Positions 11,849 through 24,319 of a stretch of 64,000 nucleotides of DNA are shown piece after piece. Below the pieces are notes generated by a model. The model made no database searches. It was not told the origin of the DNA and saw nothing but the letters and a program-made list of their open reading frames with translations. The position numbers and the translations under genes are program-made. Each line of letters starts with the position of its first letter. Position 1 is the first letter of the stretch. Source of the stretch: Phoronis australis (taxonomy: Eukaryota > Animalia > Phoronida); contig NMRA01000509.1 of the NCBI GenBank assembly GCA_002633005.1, positions 5,608 through 69,607 of the forward strand. The letters are read 5' to 3'.

Positions 11849-11996
11849 GGTAAAATTCAGTAACGCTAGGACCTACGTTAGGACATCCATAAAATCTAGC
11901 CAAAATCACGCGTTTTCACTTAAAATACAAGGCAATTATCACACGTAATCTCCCGAAGTGTTGATTTGCGGTGTCCTAGCGTTATTGAACTCTACC
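11849..11996. mobile_element. Harbinger-like MITE, relative of 571-717
   Basis: TTCAGTAACGCTAGGAC...GTCCTAGCGTTATTGAA with a shared internal sequence. Confidence 0.7.
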
Positions 11997-13726
11997 CTGC
12001 GCATTCTTTAGATGGCTCATTGTTAAGAAAGGACACTAGTCTAAACGGTCCCTAGTCCAAAATCAGAAGCAATTTTGGTGCAATGGGCCGTTCGTCTGCG
12101 CCTTCTTCGGTGACTCCTACATGTACATGTAAATGTCCGAGATTCATCTTAAAAATATTGTTTGGGTGCGCATGACAAAACGACGAATAAAATCGCCATG
12201 AGCCTAATTTATGAAACGTGTCTTAAGAATTAAGACTGCATTTTAAAAAGCTCCACATAACCATTTCTGAAAAAATATTAAACCTCACTTGTGCAAAAGT
12301 GCAAAGTCTCTGAGAATAAATGATTGTTGTCCGCTCTTAATTACTCGACTAATCATTTTTCAGAAGCTGTCAAGTGGAAGCGTATGACCAAATTTCTGTT
12401 TTAAGTCACTTTCATCAAAGAGATCACCAATATTAAAATCTTCACATTTAAAAAACAGCTCATTCCTAACCAATATCTTGCTATTCAGTCACCAAACGGT
12501 CGCTAGTACTACCCGTTTGTGTATGTTGTGGAAACTGTTATTAAGGTCTAATAAGCAATTAAAAATTACCGCATCAATTTCACGCGTCTCGTTTTTGTGA
12601 AAAGCTGCACGTAAGCAGGGAAGTATGTTTTGAGACACTATGATAGCGTAGAGTGAATAAAATCGCGCATCATTTTAGAAACAGTCAGCTACTAAAAATG
12701 CCCCACCATCGAATCATCTCTCAGAAAACACGGACCAGAACCAAACGTGCTTTTTGTTCTGAAGTAACGTATAGTCGATACTTTCCTGAATCGAAATGAA
12801 AACAATTACAATCATGATTGCAGAAGCAACAGCCGATGGAAAAATATCACTTGAAAATGGGCAACACGGTTTATGTCAATTTTGTATTAAAAATCGACAT
12901 GGTAATTTTTTATCAATATAATTTCCATACATCATTGTTACTCACGTGTCCTCCTTTGTTTCACTGTTTTAGAATAATATTTATTGAATCAGTTTTTCTT
13001 CACCTTTTTTCTTAAACAATGTTTCTCTGTGTTGTTACGCAGCATCATATTGGCAAAAGCGAATGACATTTCTTGTTGGGGTCTTAATCAAATATAGTCA
13101 CTGGCTAAGAAAAACAACCCATAAGACTTTACGATTACCAATGTTATCTTAAAAACACAACCAAGAGTCTGCATCAAACACATTTCTTTGCGCTATTATT
13201 TATTTATCTTTTAATAATTTTTTACAATTTTAACAAAACGTCGTGACTGCATTTTACGTTTCAATGATATTTTAGTATTACACGTACCATACTAAAGGGC
13301 TTTGGCGATGATGCAATATATAGTAGGAGCTTGGGCCAACGGGGTTTTGGCTTTTTGGACTAAATGTCCTTCGACACAATGGCGTGTATTGCCTTCGAAT
13401 CCCAATATGCGTACACTCACATTGCTATACACATTACATATAAAATCAAGTCGTATACTGAATAGGCAATATGAAAACAAATAAAATTAAACTTACCTGA
13501 ACTCAGAGCTCACCTGTTTAGGCTGGTAGATTTTGCCTAAATTGATTGCCACAGTTGTAGAAAAAGTAATATCGGGCGATAGCAGAGTAACCCTAAAAGC
13601 TTGCGTGTTTCGTCAATGCTGTAGTCAATTGCAATATATTGCATTTCAAATAAGAGAATGACCCAGGTCTGGGCCAAAGTTGAACATTTTACGAGAATCA
13701 AAGCTCAGCACGGCAAAATCGCTTAC

Positions 13727-13768
13727 TTGTAGACTAAATCCCCGCAGCAGAAATATGCTCCTCCACAT
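13727..13768 (-). CDS. Delta/Notch-ligand-like gene, coding exon 1 (signal peptide MWRSIFLLRGFSLQ)
   Basis: ATG at 13768, 14 codons, donor GTAAGC at phase 0 after Q, the same position as DLL1 intron 1 (Q|V). Joins in frame to AVDAS; TATA box ~100 bp upstream. Confidence 0.65.
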
Positions 13769-13862
13769 GTTCCAAGAGTGCTCAGCGTTATACAAAACAG
13801 TCGTTTCAGACTAGCCCGGAATTACAATGTACCAAAGAAACGTAGGACGTCAAAAATATGCC

Positions 13863-13870
13863 TTTTTATA
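13863..13870 (-). promoter_or_regulatory. TATA box (TATAAAAA) of the Delta-like gene
   Basis: Minus strand reads CTACTATAAAAAGG, 95 bp upstream of the exon-1 ATG. Confidence 0.55.
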
Positions 13871-14777
13871 GTAGAAAACTAAGGTAGGAAATCCGGTAGT
13901 GTTTGCAATGTCATTCGTCAATCTCTCGCACGTGTCTTGCGCGAGACAATGAGTAGGGTTGTCATTGATACACTGTATACAACGTACAAATTTAACAAGA
14001 CATAAAACAAATTAGCTCTAATTTAAATTTTAAGTTGACATTTCTAGTACGTATCTATAAAACGCTCAAACGGCTACTTTGATGGCAATTATGTTTCACA
14101 GCATAGTCACGATTCCTTGCCTAACGATTGAGTGCCAAGACCCGTTTCTTTCGGTCATCCATGCATCTGTCAATTGGCGACTTTTGTGAACCAGGAAATT
14201 CCTGGACGGGTTCAAAGGTCAAATCAACATAAATCTGGTTAGCATCTGAACTCGTATTTTTAGAAGTTTAATTCTATTTATTTCTGCCAGATTAACCACT
14301 AATCGAAATGACCAAAACACGTTCCCAGCCAGACGTGTTTAACTAGCACTGAGAATTACATGTGCGTTGCACGAAATCCTCCAGGTGTCGCAAGAGAAGT
14401 ACGAGCCTTCCATTTGAACTGGCCTGCATTCACACAAATCACGTGGCTCTCTCACGAACGCCGCCATACTGATGAACAACTTTTTGCTCTCTTGAATCTA
14501 TGTAGCAGTCGAAAAAGAGGACCTTTACTTATTGGACCGTCTGGTGATTATCGTGTCTCCCATTCTGAAAATACATGTAAATGTGTTTAGCACACATGAT
14601 ATGGTGGACAAAAAAGTGGCACTTCAGTTTGCTACACCATGGGCTGGTCCTGGGAATTTTGGGGGCTAATTGTCTTTCGAAGAGATATGAGCTCAGCTGT
14701 CTGCTTGAGGTGAAAGAAATGAAACTAGCACAAGTTCAATCGATCTTGCTGATATCTACCCAGTGCAATTCAGCACC

Positions 14778-14958
14778 CAGTGATGGATTTAGAGGAGGGC
14801 CAAGGGGGTCATGCCCCCCCCCCCTAAAGTTCTCCCAGATTCCATTTGGCAGTTCGGGGGTGCGAATTTCAGACGGGCAAAATCCTGGCTAATACTCTGC
14901 TCTGCCCCCCCGCCCCCTCCGGGCCCGGCCCTAACTCAAAATCCTGGATCCGCTACTG
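14778..14958. mobile_element. CAGTGGCGGAT-family MITE with 5-bp TSD
   Basis: TIR CAGTGATGGAT / ATCCGCTACTG; flanks GCACC/GCATC. Confidence 0.72.
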
Positions 14959-15486
14959 GCATCCCCAACACTGAGCTGAACCAGTATTTGTATGCCTATG
15001 GTGACCCTCAGGACTAATAGCCATGTATGGGGTGACGACCGGGATCGGCTGAGGGTTTGTGATTTGAATATTTGATTTCGGCCATTCGCCACACCATGTT
15101 TCCCTGTGATATCCGACTGGGTGTTTACGAGCCGACGGCCGTGGACCAAAACGGCAGTTGAAATCAACAGTATCGCCGTAGTTAAATATTCCGTATTGTG
15201 CTGGGGTTGACTGTACATATCACTTATTTTGCAAGTCAGCATTAGCGCATTACTGTTTGGTCAGATTACACAATGTTACCAGGTGACACCACTTTCAAAC
15301 GAAAATGCATGGCATTGTCTTGAATTATCGGGCATCAAAACCATAGCAATTTCTACTTTGGATTACCTTTCCTGCTTCCCTTTCTCATACATGTAAATTG
15401 TCCCGGTCCCAGTCTATTTTTGATCGACTCGCGAAATGCGATTTCCACGACATGTCGCTTGGCACTTCTAAGGTGAGCACTCTTGA

Positions 15487-15553
15487 ACCAGACGGTCTCG
15501 CCACCTGGCGACTGGAGCCGACTTCTGGACCAGACGGTCTCGCCATCTGGTGA
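15487..15553. repeat. Two 25-bp direct repeats, each containing a CTCF-like motif
   Basis: ACCAGACGGTCTCGCCACCTGGCGA (15487-15511) and ACCAGACGGTCTCGCCATCTGGTGA (15529-15553). Confidence 0.6.
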
Positions 15554-16554
15554 ACGTGTACATATACAGTGCGATAGCTTCAATTTTCTTATTACCTCCC
15601 GGGCGATTCAATTTCCCAGGCATACCAGTTCCCCTGACGATTTTCGCCACCATCCAGCAATGTTTACATGTGACAGTAGGCAGAGGAAAAGAGGGGTGCT
15701 TCATATTTTGCAATAGTTTTCATTTTTATTTCATGGACAGCAACGATCATGTCGGGTGGATTTGGGGCCGTCTGAACCACGGACATTTGCCACAGGACCC
15801 CACGACGATCCTTGGTCGATGTGACTCGAGGTCATAGTAAAAGTCTTGTGATATAAACTCGCACGCTCCGTGTCATATCTATCATTGGCAAACTGTACGA
15901 TATCCGGCGGGGACTTGCCGGCACAAAACAGGATCAGGGTCACAGGAGATCCACACAAAATCGAAATGTTTATAAAACTTGTTTCGTTGTTTTTAATTTT
16001 AGACTTAAATGATTCGACATGTCTTTGAGATCTCAACTTTCCACATTTAAAAATATGTGTGCCCAAAGGCGGCGGCTTCGCTGAAGGCGCTCATTATCTC
16101 TTTCACAGTCGTCTCCAGCTACATGTTTATGTCAGACGCTCCTGGTGTTATCTCGAGTCGGGCACCAAACTTTTTACTAAGACGCTTACAAAAATTGTGT
16201 TTCGTTGGTTTGACAACGCCAGAAATTTGTAACATGCACTACTGCGCATGCGCTAAATCTTGCCAGCAGCCCTCCATAAGAAATACACAAGAGCAGGCTA
16301 TAATCAGGAATTTATAAGCGAGGGGAGATAACTGCACAATTTGCCGATAGCCTGTCGCATAGAGTGTATGTTAAGACTTGTTACTGCCAAATATCAGCGT
16401 CATTGGTGAAAAATTTTCCACGTCTCTTGAAGTTTGAAGTTTGCCCCATTCAGGCCTATGTTAACGATCGTCCGGAAGCCCATATTTGAGCGCATAGCTC
16501 ATTTTGAAGTCAAGTTTGTGGCTGAATTCATTTTGCCATCGGATTTGCCGATAG

Positions 16555-16718
16555 NNNNNNNNNNNNNNNNNNNNNNNNNNNNNNNNNNNNNNNNNNNNNN
16601 NNNNNNNNNNNNNNNNNNNNNNNNNNNNNNNNNNNNNNNNNNNNNNNNNNNNNNNNNNNNNNNNNNNNNNNNNNNNNNNNNNNNNNNNNNNNNNNNNNNN
16701 NNNNNNNNNNNNNNNNNN
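16555..16718. other. Assembly gap (N run)
   Basis: Run of N. Confidence 1.
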
Positions 16719-18301
16719 TTACAGTAGGTTTGTGGAGGAAAGTAGTTCGCTCATTCATTATTAATTACCGTGCGGGATTGGGTGGAAAAACCGAGTGAAT
16801 GTTGCACCAGCGGGGCGGCAGTATCATACCGGCCACTACTCCCACTCGTCTACTAGGACTAAGGTCTATTGTTTTGTACTCTTTGTAAAAATTGTGAGAA
16901 AATTCGAATCATAAACTGGTAGAAAATATTGTGTACTCCTATCTTCCGCTTTCCACCGTTTCATGCGCCTGCAGTCACTATCCGGCATCTTGTTTTTACC
17001 CGCCGTCCGACAGTAGATATACAAGTAGTAGGCCTAATTTCGGTCTCCTGGTGGCTGATGTTTATTAAAATTTCTCTCGCTGATCAGTGAATAGATTAAA
17101 TTTGGTTTTAGGGTTGGTATAAAATCTACGAAACAAAGAGTCATATCTTGGTATTAGTGTTGTATTCATTTGTTAAAGATGTTAGTCACGGCCTGAACTA
17201 ACTTCTTGCATATAATAGCCTGATAATTATTGTGCACTAAATTGAACGAGATAGGATTAAAGGTGATATCAAAGGCATTCGGTAATGCTTGGACTTAAAG
17301 CAAAAGCATTAGTTCAGTTGCTGGGTGGACTGCCACCCCTTTGAGGGCTAATCTTCGTCCGTGTTGACAGCTAGGCGGACTGTGTATTCGAATCTGACTC
17401 GATCTCATCGCCATCACGCGGATTATTTTCCGAAAGTAATCCATTAGTGCAGTAAACAGTGGGTGTTTTTAAACGTTATGGTTTTGTTCTTTGATCTATT
17501 TTCTTGCAACTGTGTCAGTGCTTAAACATTTCAGTTTTTATCACTTCCTGGCGACAAAGGAAGTTTTTTGCCAGGAAATTCAGGTACCCTGCAGTCTTTT
17601 TAAGACCAGCAAACAAAATACGGTCTGGTAGATATTCGTTGCCTACCCAATTTTTTGGAGTCAGTACTTTTCAATTAGTATTATTCTGAATGCGTTGCTC
17701 GCTGAGGCCCAGTAGTCGTATGGGGGTACTTAAATTGCTCATCTTTCGGGATAGCCGTCTTATCTTTTCACTTCGGGTGGCCATAAAATGAATGAAACGT
17801 ACTTTATTTTTTTAGAGTGTAGGTCAACTTTCATTGGAAGCGTTAGCATTTCCTATTTTGTTACAGAAGAGAAGAAAACCGCTTCTCCAGAGTTAGCCCT
17901 AACCAAGGAAACAAAAATTGCGGAGAAACTGTCGAGTGTCACCTGTTTAACCAGTCTTGTTGGCTGCGCACTCTACTGCTCGACGTACCACTTTAATCCT
18001 TGACTTCGTCCGTTGACAAAAATGAACAACTTTTAAAGGCGAAGGCAACCTTTTTCCATGTCATTTTGAGCTAAAATAAGGTTGGTTGCTTATCCTAGAC
18101 ATATTTTCCACTTAATTACAGCTTTTCGTAATTTTATTAATTTCTCGTCCGCTACTCCGGAAGTGACGTTTTAGGAGGCAAGCATTTCGCGCCAATTTCT
18201 TTTCATATAGTCTGACTGTGAGAGCTGCCGAGTAAGTCATTGTTCTACCTCGGTTGTGTTAAGTTCCGTCGTCGTTTGCTTTCATTTACTAGTCAGTCAA
18301 C

Positions 18302-19100
18302 ATGCCACACTGTTGCTGCGTACCAGGATGTACTAATTATCGGCTCACGCGCGCTTTGGGAGTACCTTTGCATCGCTTTCCGACGGATGACACATTTCGC
18401 CGTACTTGGCTCGTTCGTGTGAAGAACGCAGCGTTACCCGTCCACGCAACGTAGAAAGCAGAGGAGAATTACCGTGTGTGTGGCAAGCACTTTCTGCTGT
18501 CCGATAACGAAAGGGATTTGTACGCTGAACTGATGAAGGTCCCTGTGAAGCAACGTCTGAAGAAGGATGCCATTTCGTCTGTGTTAATTCCCGGCAGTGC
18601 CCCGTCGCCACCCCCGAGAAGTGCGTTTTTGAAGCGAGAAGCTTCGCGAGCTGTGGCCAGTACAATGACTGGATCCAGTGGAGGCACTTCATCTACTGTC
18701 ACCCGTGCCTCCGAACGTACCCCACACCGTGCAATTCCTGGAACCAGTAGTGATTCGCCTTGTGCTGTTTTCTCCAGCCCAGAGCCTCTAAGCAGCCCTG
18801 CTGATATTGAGTAGTGGGAGTGATTACAGGCTCAGTTCGACACCCAGTGAAGAGGACAGTTCGTCGTCCAGTGAACAGATCGGTGAGCCAAACTTTGATA
18901 AGTTTATTGTGGACTTGTCTAAAGTTTTGGAGCTATTTAGAATGTGCCAGGTGTGTGGCGAGGGAGTCACACGACACGGTGTAAGCAGTTTGGGTGCTCA
19001 GGTCACCATCCAGTGGGAGTGTGTCGCGGGACACTCTGGCAAGTGGGACAGTTGTTCCTCTGTCTGTGGTATGCCGGAGGTCCACTTAACCATGTCCAGT
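18302..19100 (+). pseudogene. Kolobok transposase N-terminal remnant (THAP zinc finger plus C2CH-type region); DDE core deleted
   Basis: MPHCCCVPGCTN...LHRFPTD...RRTW...RVCGKHF is a THAP signature, with an in-frame TAG at 18452. After a frameshift near 18810 comes KFIVDLSKVLELFRMCQVCG...GAQVTIQWECVAGHSGKWDS. Confidence 0.82.
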
Positions 19101-19393
19101 AGTGGCTTGGCCTCGTCGAACTCTAAACAGCACAAGCATTCCATTGCGGTTGGCATAACAACGCACACAGTGCATTTGCACCAAAATGTGTCACCACGTC
19201 TGTCCTCAGTAGCCGCCTCGTTTCTCTCAACAGCTGCCTGTGCCTGTGCGTACTCTGCCTTGTTATACTCGGGCTCAAGCATGTACCCACCCACTGAATG
19301 TCCGTGAAAAAATTCCTCGTCACCACTGCTGTGAACAAGGTCTCCGTCACTCATACTACTGTCATTGTAATACGGGTCACCGACTCCAGCCAT
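19090..19393 (-). pseudogene. KolX-like (P2X7 C-terminal/nanor-like Cys-rich) accessory protein, N-terminal remnant
   Basis: ATG at 19393; acidic leader, GYMLEPEY (PYxFEP-like), then WCKCTVCVVMPTAMECLCCLE; truncated where it meets the transposase remnant. Confidence 0.8.
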
Positions 19394-19909
19394 TTTCAGC
19401 TTACAACACACTAAACAATCCCTAAATCCAACGTAGTTGAGTTCTCTACTAACCTATCTTGCCGCAGAATACTCGCCGATGGAAAGTGGTGGCGACAATT
19501 GTTGAAAAACAGCACAAAACAAAAGTAGAATAGAACAGATTCGCACGGTAAAGTCAACGCAAAACCAAGTGGCGGGAAACGCTTGCCTCCTAAAACGTCA
19601 CTTCCGGAGTAGCGGACGAGTAATTTATAAAATTACGAAAAGCTGTAATTAAGTGGAAAATATGTCTAGGATAACCAACCAACCTTATTTTAGCTCAAAA
19701 TGACATGGAAAAAGGTTGCCTTCGTCTTTAAGTTGTACTATCTTCTATTATATAGTCTATTACATAAAATGCATCGCAGAAACCCCGTCTTCCCCGCTCC
19801 ACTGCAGACCTTCGTTGCGCCACTTACGGCACCGCCTTGGGCCCAGGTATTGCACCGGCCCCTTGCTTGGATTGGAGGTGTTCTATTTTTTCTCGCGGGC
19901 CGTTTTTTT

Positions 19910-21865
19910 CGCGGACGCGGAGGGAGGGTGGCCAGTTTCGTATTGGCCTTGGTGACGTCAGTTACTCGGCTCAATGGACTGGGTGACGTCACTTCGTCGC
20001 CTTACTTTCACTCCCTCCGGCTTCTAGCTGTCACGTATACAATTCATCTGGCCTGTCGCTGTCAAAATTTAATGATGCCTCATTAAAAAGTCCTTACTCT
20101 TCCTTGAGTAAACTATGTTATTTACCCTGGTGTTGGAAAATTGGCGTTCTTCAGTTATTCTGCTGGTAAAATTGCGATGCGCTCTTTGGGCGCCATTGCG
20201 TCACCTGTTGGCCAATTTCCATGTTATTCAATCATTGTGAAGTTGCGTACATGTCATAACAATCGCAATTGGTTTCATTTCATTACAAGTTTTTACTATT
20301 TTATGATCAAAAAACCCAATTTCAGAAAAAAACTCAAGAGATATGGCTGATATTTTCTGAAATAGTGCATACGGGCGGGTGCCACATTGCACTGTTTTCA
20401 AAACGACCAGAGATTTCCTTTGTTACAAAAGGCGGAGAATTACGAAAAATAACGTTTATTAGATCTTTTTACTTCTATAAACGGCTGTAACGGGCAAGGT
20501 GAGTGTCGGTTCATTCCCAGATTCTGCATGCACCAACGTTGTTAGCTCCAAGTTTAACGACGAGGTGACAAGTTGAGCACCGGTGTTCGGTGTTGATTTC
20601 GGTGTCTAACCAGCCTCCCGTTCAGTAACGCTAGGACCTCGCTAAAAAGCAAAACTTCACGAGATTACGTGAGATATTGCCGTGTATTTTAAAAACGAAC
20701 ACGTGACTTTGACTAGATTTTAGCTAGGTCCTATCGTAGGTCCTAGCGTCCACTGAACGCACGCCGGAGCTCTACACACACTAGCTACCTAGCTGTATGT
20801 TGACGATAGTCTTCATACAGCTAACTGGCTTTCTACCTCAGTATGTTCATTTATGATGCAATTTTTGTAATATACAGTATTTTAAATGCATTCTTAGTTT
20901 TCACTTTAAAGAATATCTCATTACTGTTCTTTGTGTTACGGCAGGGTCAAATGTTCTGGAAAGAAATTTGTACTACCTAGGGAAAGAATCCCGCAGCCGC
21001 ACACCTTGCCTACTAAAATCTGACAGTGAGTAAAATTCTGCTTGAAGATTTGAACACGGCCTTTTCCAGAAGTATTCCTGTCTCTTGCAATGAACACTAA
21101 TGTTCACTTTTAGTCTAAGCGGACGCGGAGGGAGGGTGGTCAGCTTCTTACTGGCCTTGGTAACGTCAGTTGGTTGGCTCAACGGCCTAGGTGACGTCAC
21201 TCCGTCGGCTTAATTTCATTTTCTCCAGCGTCTGTCGCGTATATAATTCATCGGGCCTGTTGCCACCAAAATTAATGATGCCTCATTAAAAGTTGTTTAC
21301 TCTTCCTTGAGTAAACTAAATTATTTACCCGAGTGTTGAACATTGGCTTTCTTCAGATATTCTGCTGCTAAAATTGCCATGCGCTCTTTGGGCGCCATTG
21401 CGTCACCTATTGGTCAATTTCCATGTTCTTCGATCAACTGCGAGGTTGCGTACATATCATAACAATCGGAAGTGGTTTCATTTCGTTATAAGTTTTTGCT
21501 ATTTTAATACCAGAAAACCCAATTGCAGAACACAAACTCTCGAGAGATATCGCAAAATTTTAGGAAATGGCGCGTACGTGCGCGTGTCACGAGTATGCAC
21601 TGTTTTCAAAACAACGACAGATTTTCCTTTGTTAACGTTTAGTAGATTTTTTTACTTCTATGAACGGCTGTAATGGGCAACGTGAATGTTACGGCAGGGT
21701 CAAATGTTCTGGAAAGAAATTTGTACTGCCTAGGGAGAGAATCCCGCAACCGCACACCTTGCCTACTAAAATCTGACAGTGACAGAAATTCTGTTTGAAG
21801 CTTTGACCACGGTCTCTTCAAGAAGTATTCCTGTCTCTTGCGATGAACACTCCGTTCAGTCTTAG
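19910..21865 (+). repeat. Diverged tandem duplication of a ~750-bp unit; the first copy has an extra ~425-bp segment
   Basis: 19910-20507 matches 21118-21689, and 20935-21113 matches 21688-21865. Confidence 0.85.
20614..20764. mobile_element. Harbinger-like MITE, relative of 571-717 in opposite orientation
   Basis: Same TIR core GTTCAGTAACGCTAGGACCT; flanks CAG/CGG. Confidence 0.75.
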
Positions 21866-24319
21866 GTGAAAGCATGGGTAACGGCTAGTGTTGTATTAAA
21901 TTAAAAATATTGAATTAGAAATACTTTGTCTAGCCCTACGAGAACAGAATTCGTGATATTATTTTTCGCAATTCAGGGCCCAATGTAACGGTATGGAAAA
22001 TGACCCAGCAAATTCCTCACCCTTTGCCAGGGTGACTTACCGCTAAAGTATACTATAGTACAATAAGCAAGCCATTCACGGTGTACACAAGAAAGTACAA
22101 GCACGCCATATAGCTCACGTGTTTAATTCATACAGGTGAATGGTTTACGGTATTCAGCTGGACTATGAAAATAAACAGTCATGTCTGGCTTTGGAGCTCG
22201 AGTTCCCTTGTCTGTTGTGGGCGATGTTGTTTCAACCGATACTGTCAGCTGACTAATCCAACACATTCGTCACAGAGTAAAAATATTTTGAGAGCAGGCC
22301 TCGCGGCTGCGAATGGTCTCTGCAATATCTTTGTTTACAGGTTTGGCTGTGGACGACTCGTGGGTCAGTACTGATCGTTACCACCACTAAACCCTCACGC
22401 AAATGTTGTCAACAGCTGCGTTGACAAAGCGCGGGAAACTCAGCGTGCTTCGCTGCTGGATGTTAATCACGGGTAAGTTTTTCTCTTGGTTTATGTTTGT
22501 TCCTGTGTCGTCGATGGCATAGCGTGTTTTCGAAAACGTATGGTGAAAAACGTCAGGTGCAGTTGGACTAGCTATTCCGTTTGTGGTAAATCGTTGTGAT
22601 TTTTCGGAATACAAACACGGATGTGTTATTGAGACAACGATACCGACATAATTACATGTGAGTCGGCTTCGTCTGGATGTTGTGTTAGACGGCGGTAGCG
22701 CACTGTTGACAATAGGCTCAGTAGCCAAGTAGGCCGAGTAATATCTACTATTTCGTGACAAGTTTCGTTTCTACAGACTGCGAGACACGTTTCACTCGAT
22801 ATCGAATCACCTTACAGACGGTCACAAAGAAAGGTTTTGTCATGTTTTAGTCAAAGTAAAGTATTTTCGGTGAGGCACTTTGTTCGACATACGTGCCAGC
22901 AGCCTGCCTAACACTGTCGGGTTTGGCTGGGCTGCCCCAGTGCTTATTCAAGGTGCCAACGAAGTTATTGGTCTCGAGTAAGTAGTCTGTCTCCATGTGC
23001 ATACAAATAGCGGTTAGCTGTAAATGTACTACCTGTCGGAGTCTGATATTGCCTAGGCCGTTTATAGGGGTACGTCAATCTCTCTACCGTGTTATACTGG
23101 TTAGAATATTGGCGGTGATCAATTAGATTTGTTTCATTCAGCCCGCTTACATGTATGTGGATACCGGCTGCGGCGGCGGCGGCGGCGGGAGCCACGCCGA
23201 TGCAGCGTAGACGGGTGACATTCTGCTGCCGCGTAGCCTAACTGACAGGTTCAGCATAGAAAAACTTACTCTTTAACTAATGATTTGGTTGACTGATAAG
23301 TTCAAAAACAAAGGTTTACCAATTTGCAATCTTCCTTTGTTTCCCATTGTAATAGGGCGAACAATGCATAACTGGTTTTCAGTGGTCATGTTTTTGAAAA
23401 TTTAAACGGCATTTTTTATTTTTTTAGTTGTGAAGTATGTCTACGTTTTCAATTTTTTATTTAGGTGCGAAAATCAGACGGGTCGGCACGCTTATTTAAA
23501 TTATGAGTTGTTTAGATGAGATATCGAAGTCTACTTAATTAGATTACATTTGCTTGAAGGAGACACAAAAACATGTATGACAGTTTGTGATATGCGTAGA
23601 AAGACAAAAATATCCATGGTTACTGAAAAGATTCAATGAGTCTGAACAGGTAGTCCCGCGCTACGTAATATACACCTGCGACTGGTCGCAGTGTGTCACG
23701 AAAGCGACGTTGTGCGCGTTTAACCAAAAAATAAAACTACTGGACATGGAGTAGCAAAAGTACATATACACTGACCGGATATAATACTAACTGCGATTTC
23801 TGGGCTGCATTTTATAGTTTTATATTTTTGTGTATGTCTTAATAAACTGGTGTAACATTCACTTATTTAATCTATGACGAAGCTTTCGACCGACCAACCT
23901 CAAATCTTCTAAATTTGTGAACAGTTGCGGAGCCATGCTCGTCAAAATGCTACCTTAGGCAAGCTTTTGCAGCTTTTAGAAATGAACTTGGATTAAAGTG
24001 TTGCGGGCGATCTCTTGTTTCTTTAAAGAGTAAGGAGCAGGTTTCTAAATCAGTCGAGCACAGACCAGAAACAATCGTGCTGTTTTCTTTTGCCCTGAGC
24101 GTGTCGTGAAGGCAACGTTTCGGTTCATCTGTTGGTCATCGTCACGTATAAACCAGTCTTGCAGTGCCAAACTTCGGTAATTCGTTTCTGACAATGCACC
24201 CCAGCAAAGATCTTGGTGTAAATTTAAATTTACTGAGTTTTCATATGTGAAGCTAAAATCTACGTTACACAATATTGACTGGCGGTTGTATCCATTGAGA
24301 ACATGGGAGATAGTGAGTG

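Larger units (their letters stand above)
18037..19727. mobile_element. Kolobok DNA transposon, internally deleted (1.69 kb)
   Basis: TTAA TSD (18033-18036, 19728-19731); AG...CT termini; ~157-bp near-perfect TIRs (18037-18193 / 19571-19727); convergent THAP-transposase and KolX remnants inside. Confidence 0.88.
19741..21888 (+). mobile_element. Helitron-like non-autonomous element with an internal tandem duplication
   Basis: A|TC 5' start (TCTTCTATTATATAGTCTATTACATAAA) and 3' end AAGCATGGGTAACGGCTAG|T; no TSD; 3' hairpin degenerate. Confidence 0.5.

Noticed and set aside
14360-16320. Cluster of short ORFs as a degenerate EnSpm/CACTA transposase
   Set aside because: Only faint motif resemblance (PAFTQI, DLADIYPV, LFCAGKSPPD) on different strands and frames; no catalytic motifs or TIRs.
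22965-23195. Poly-Ala ORF
   Set aside because: Explained by a short (GCG)n tract; no other coding signal.
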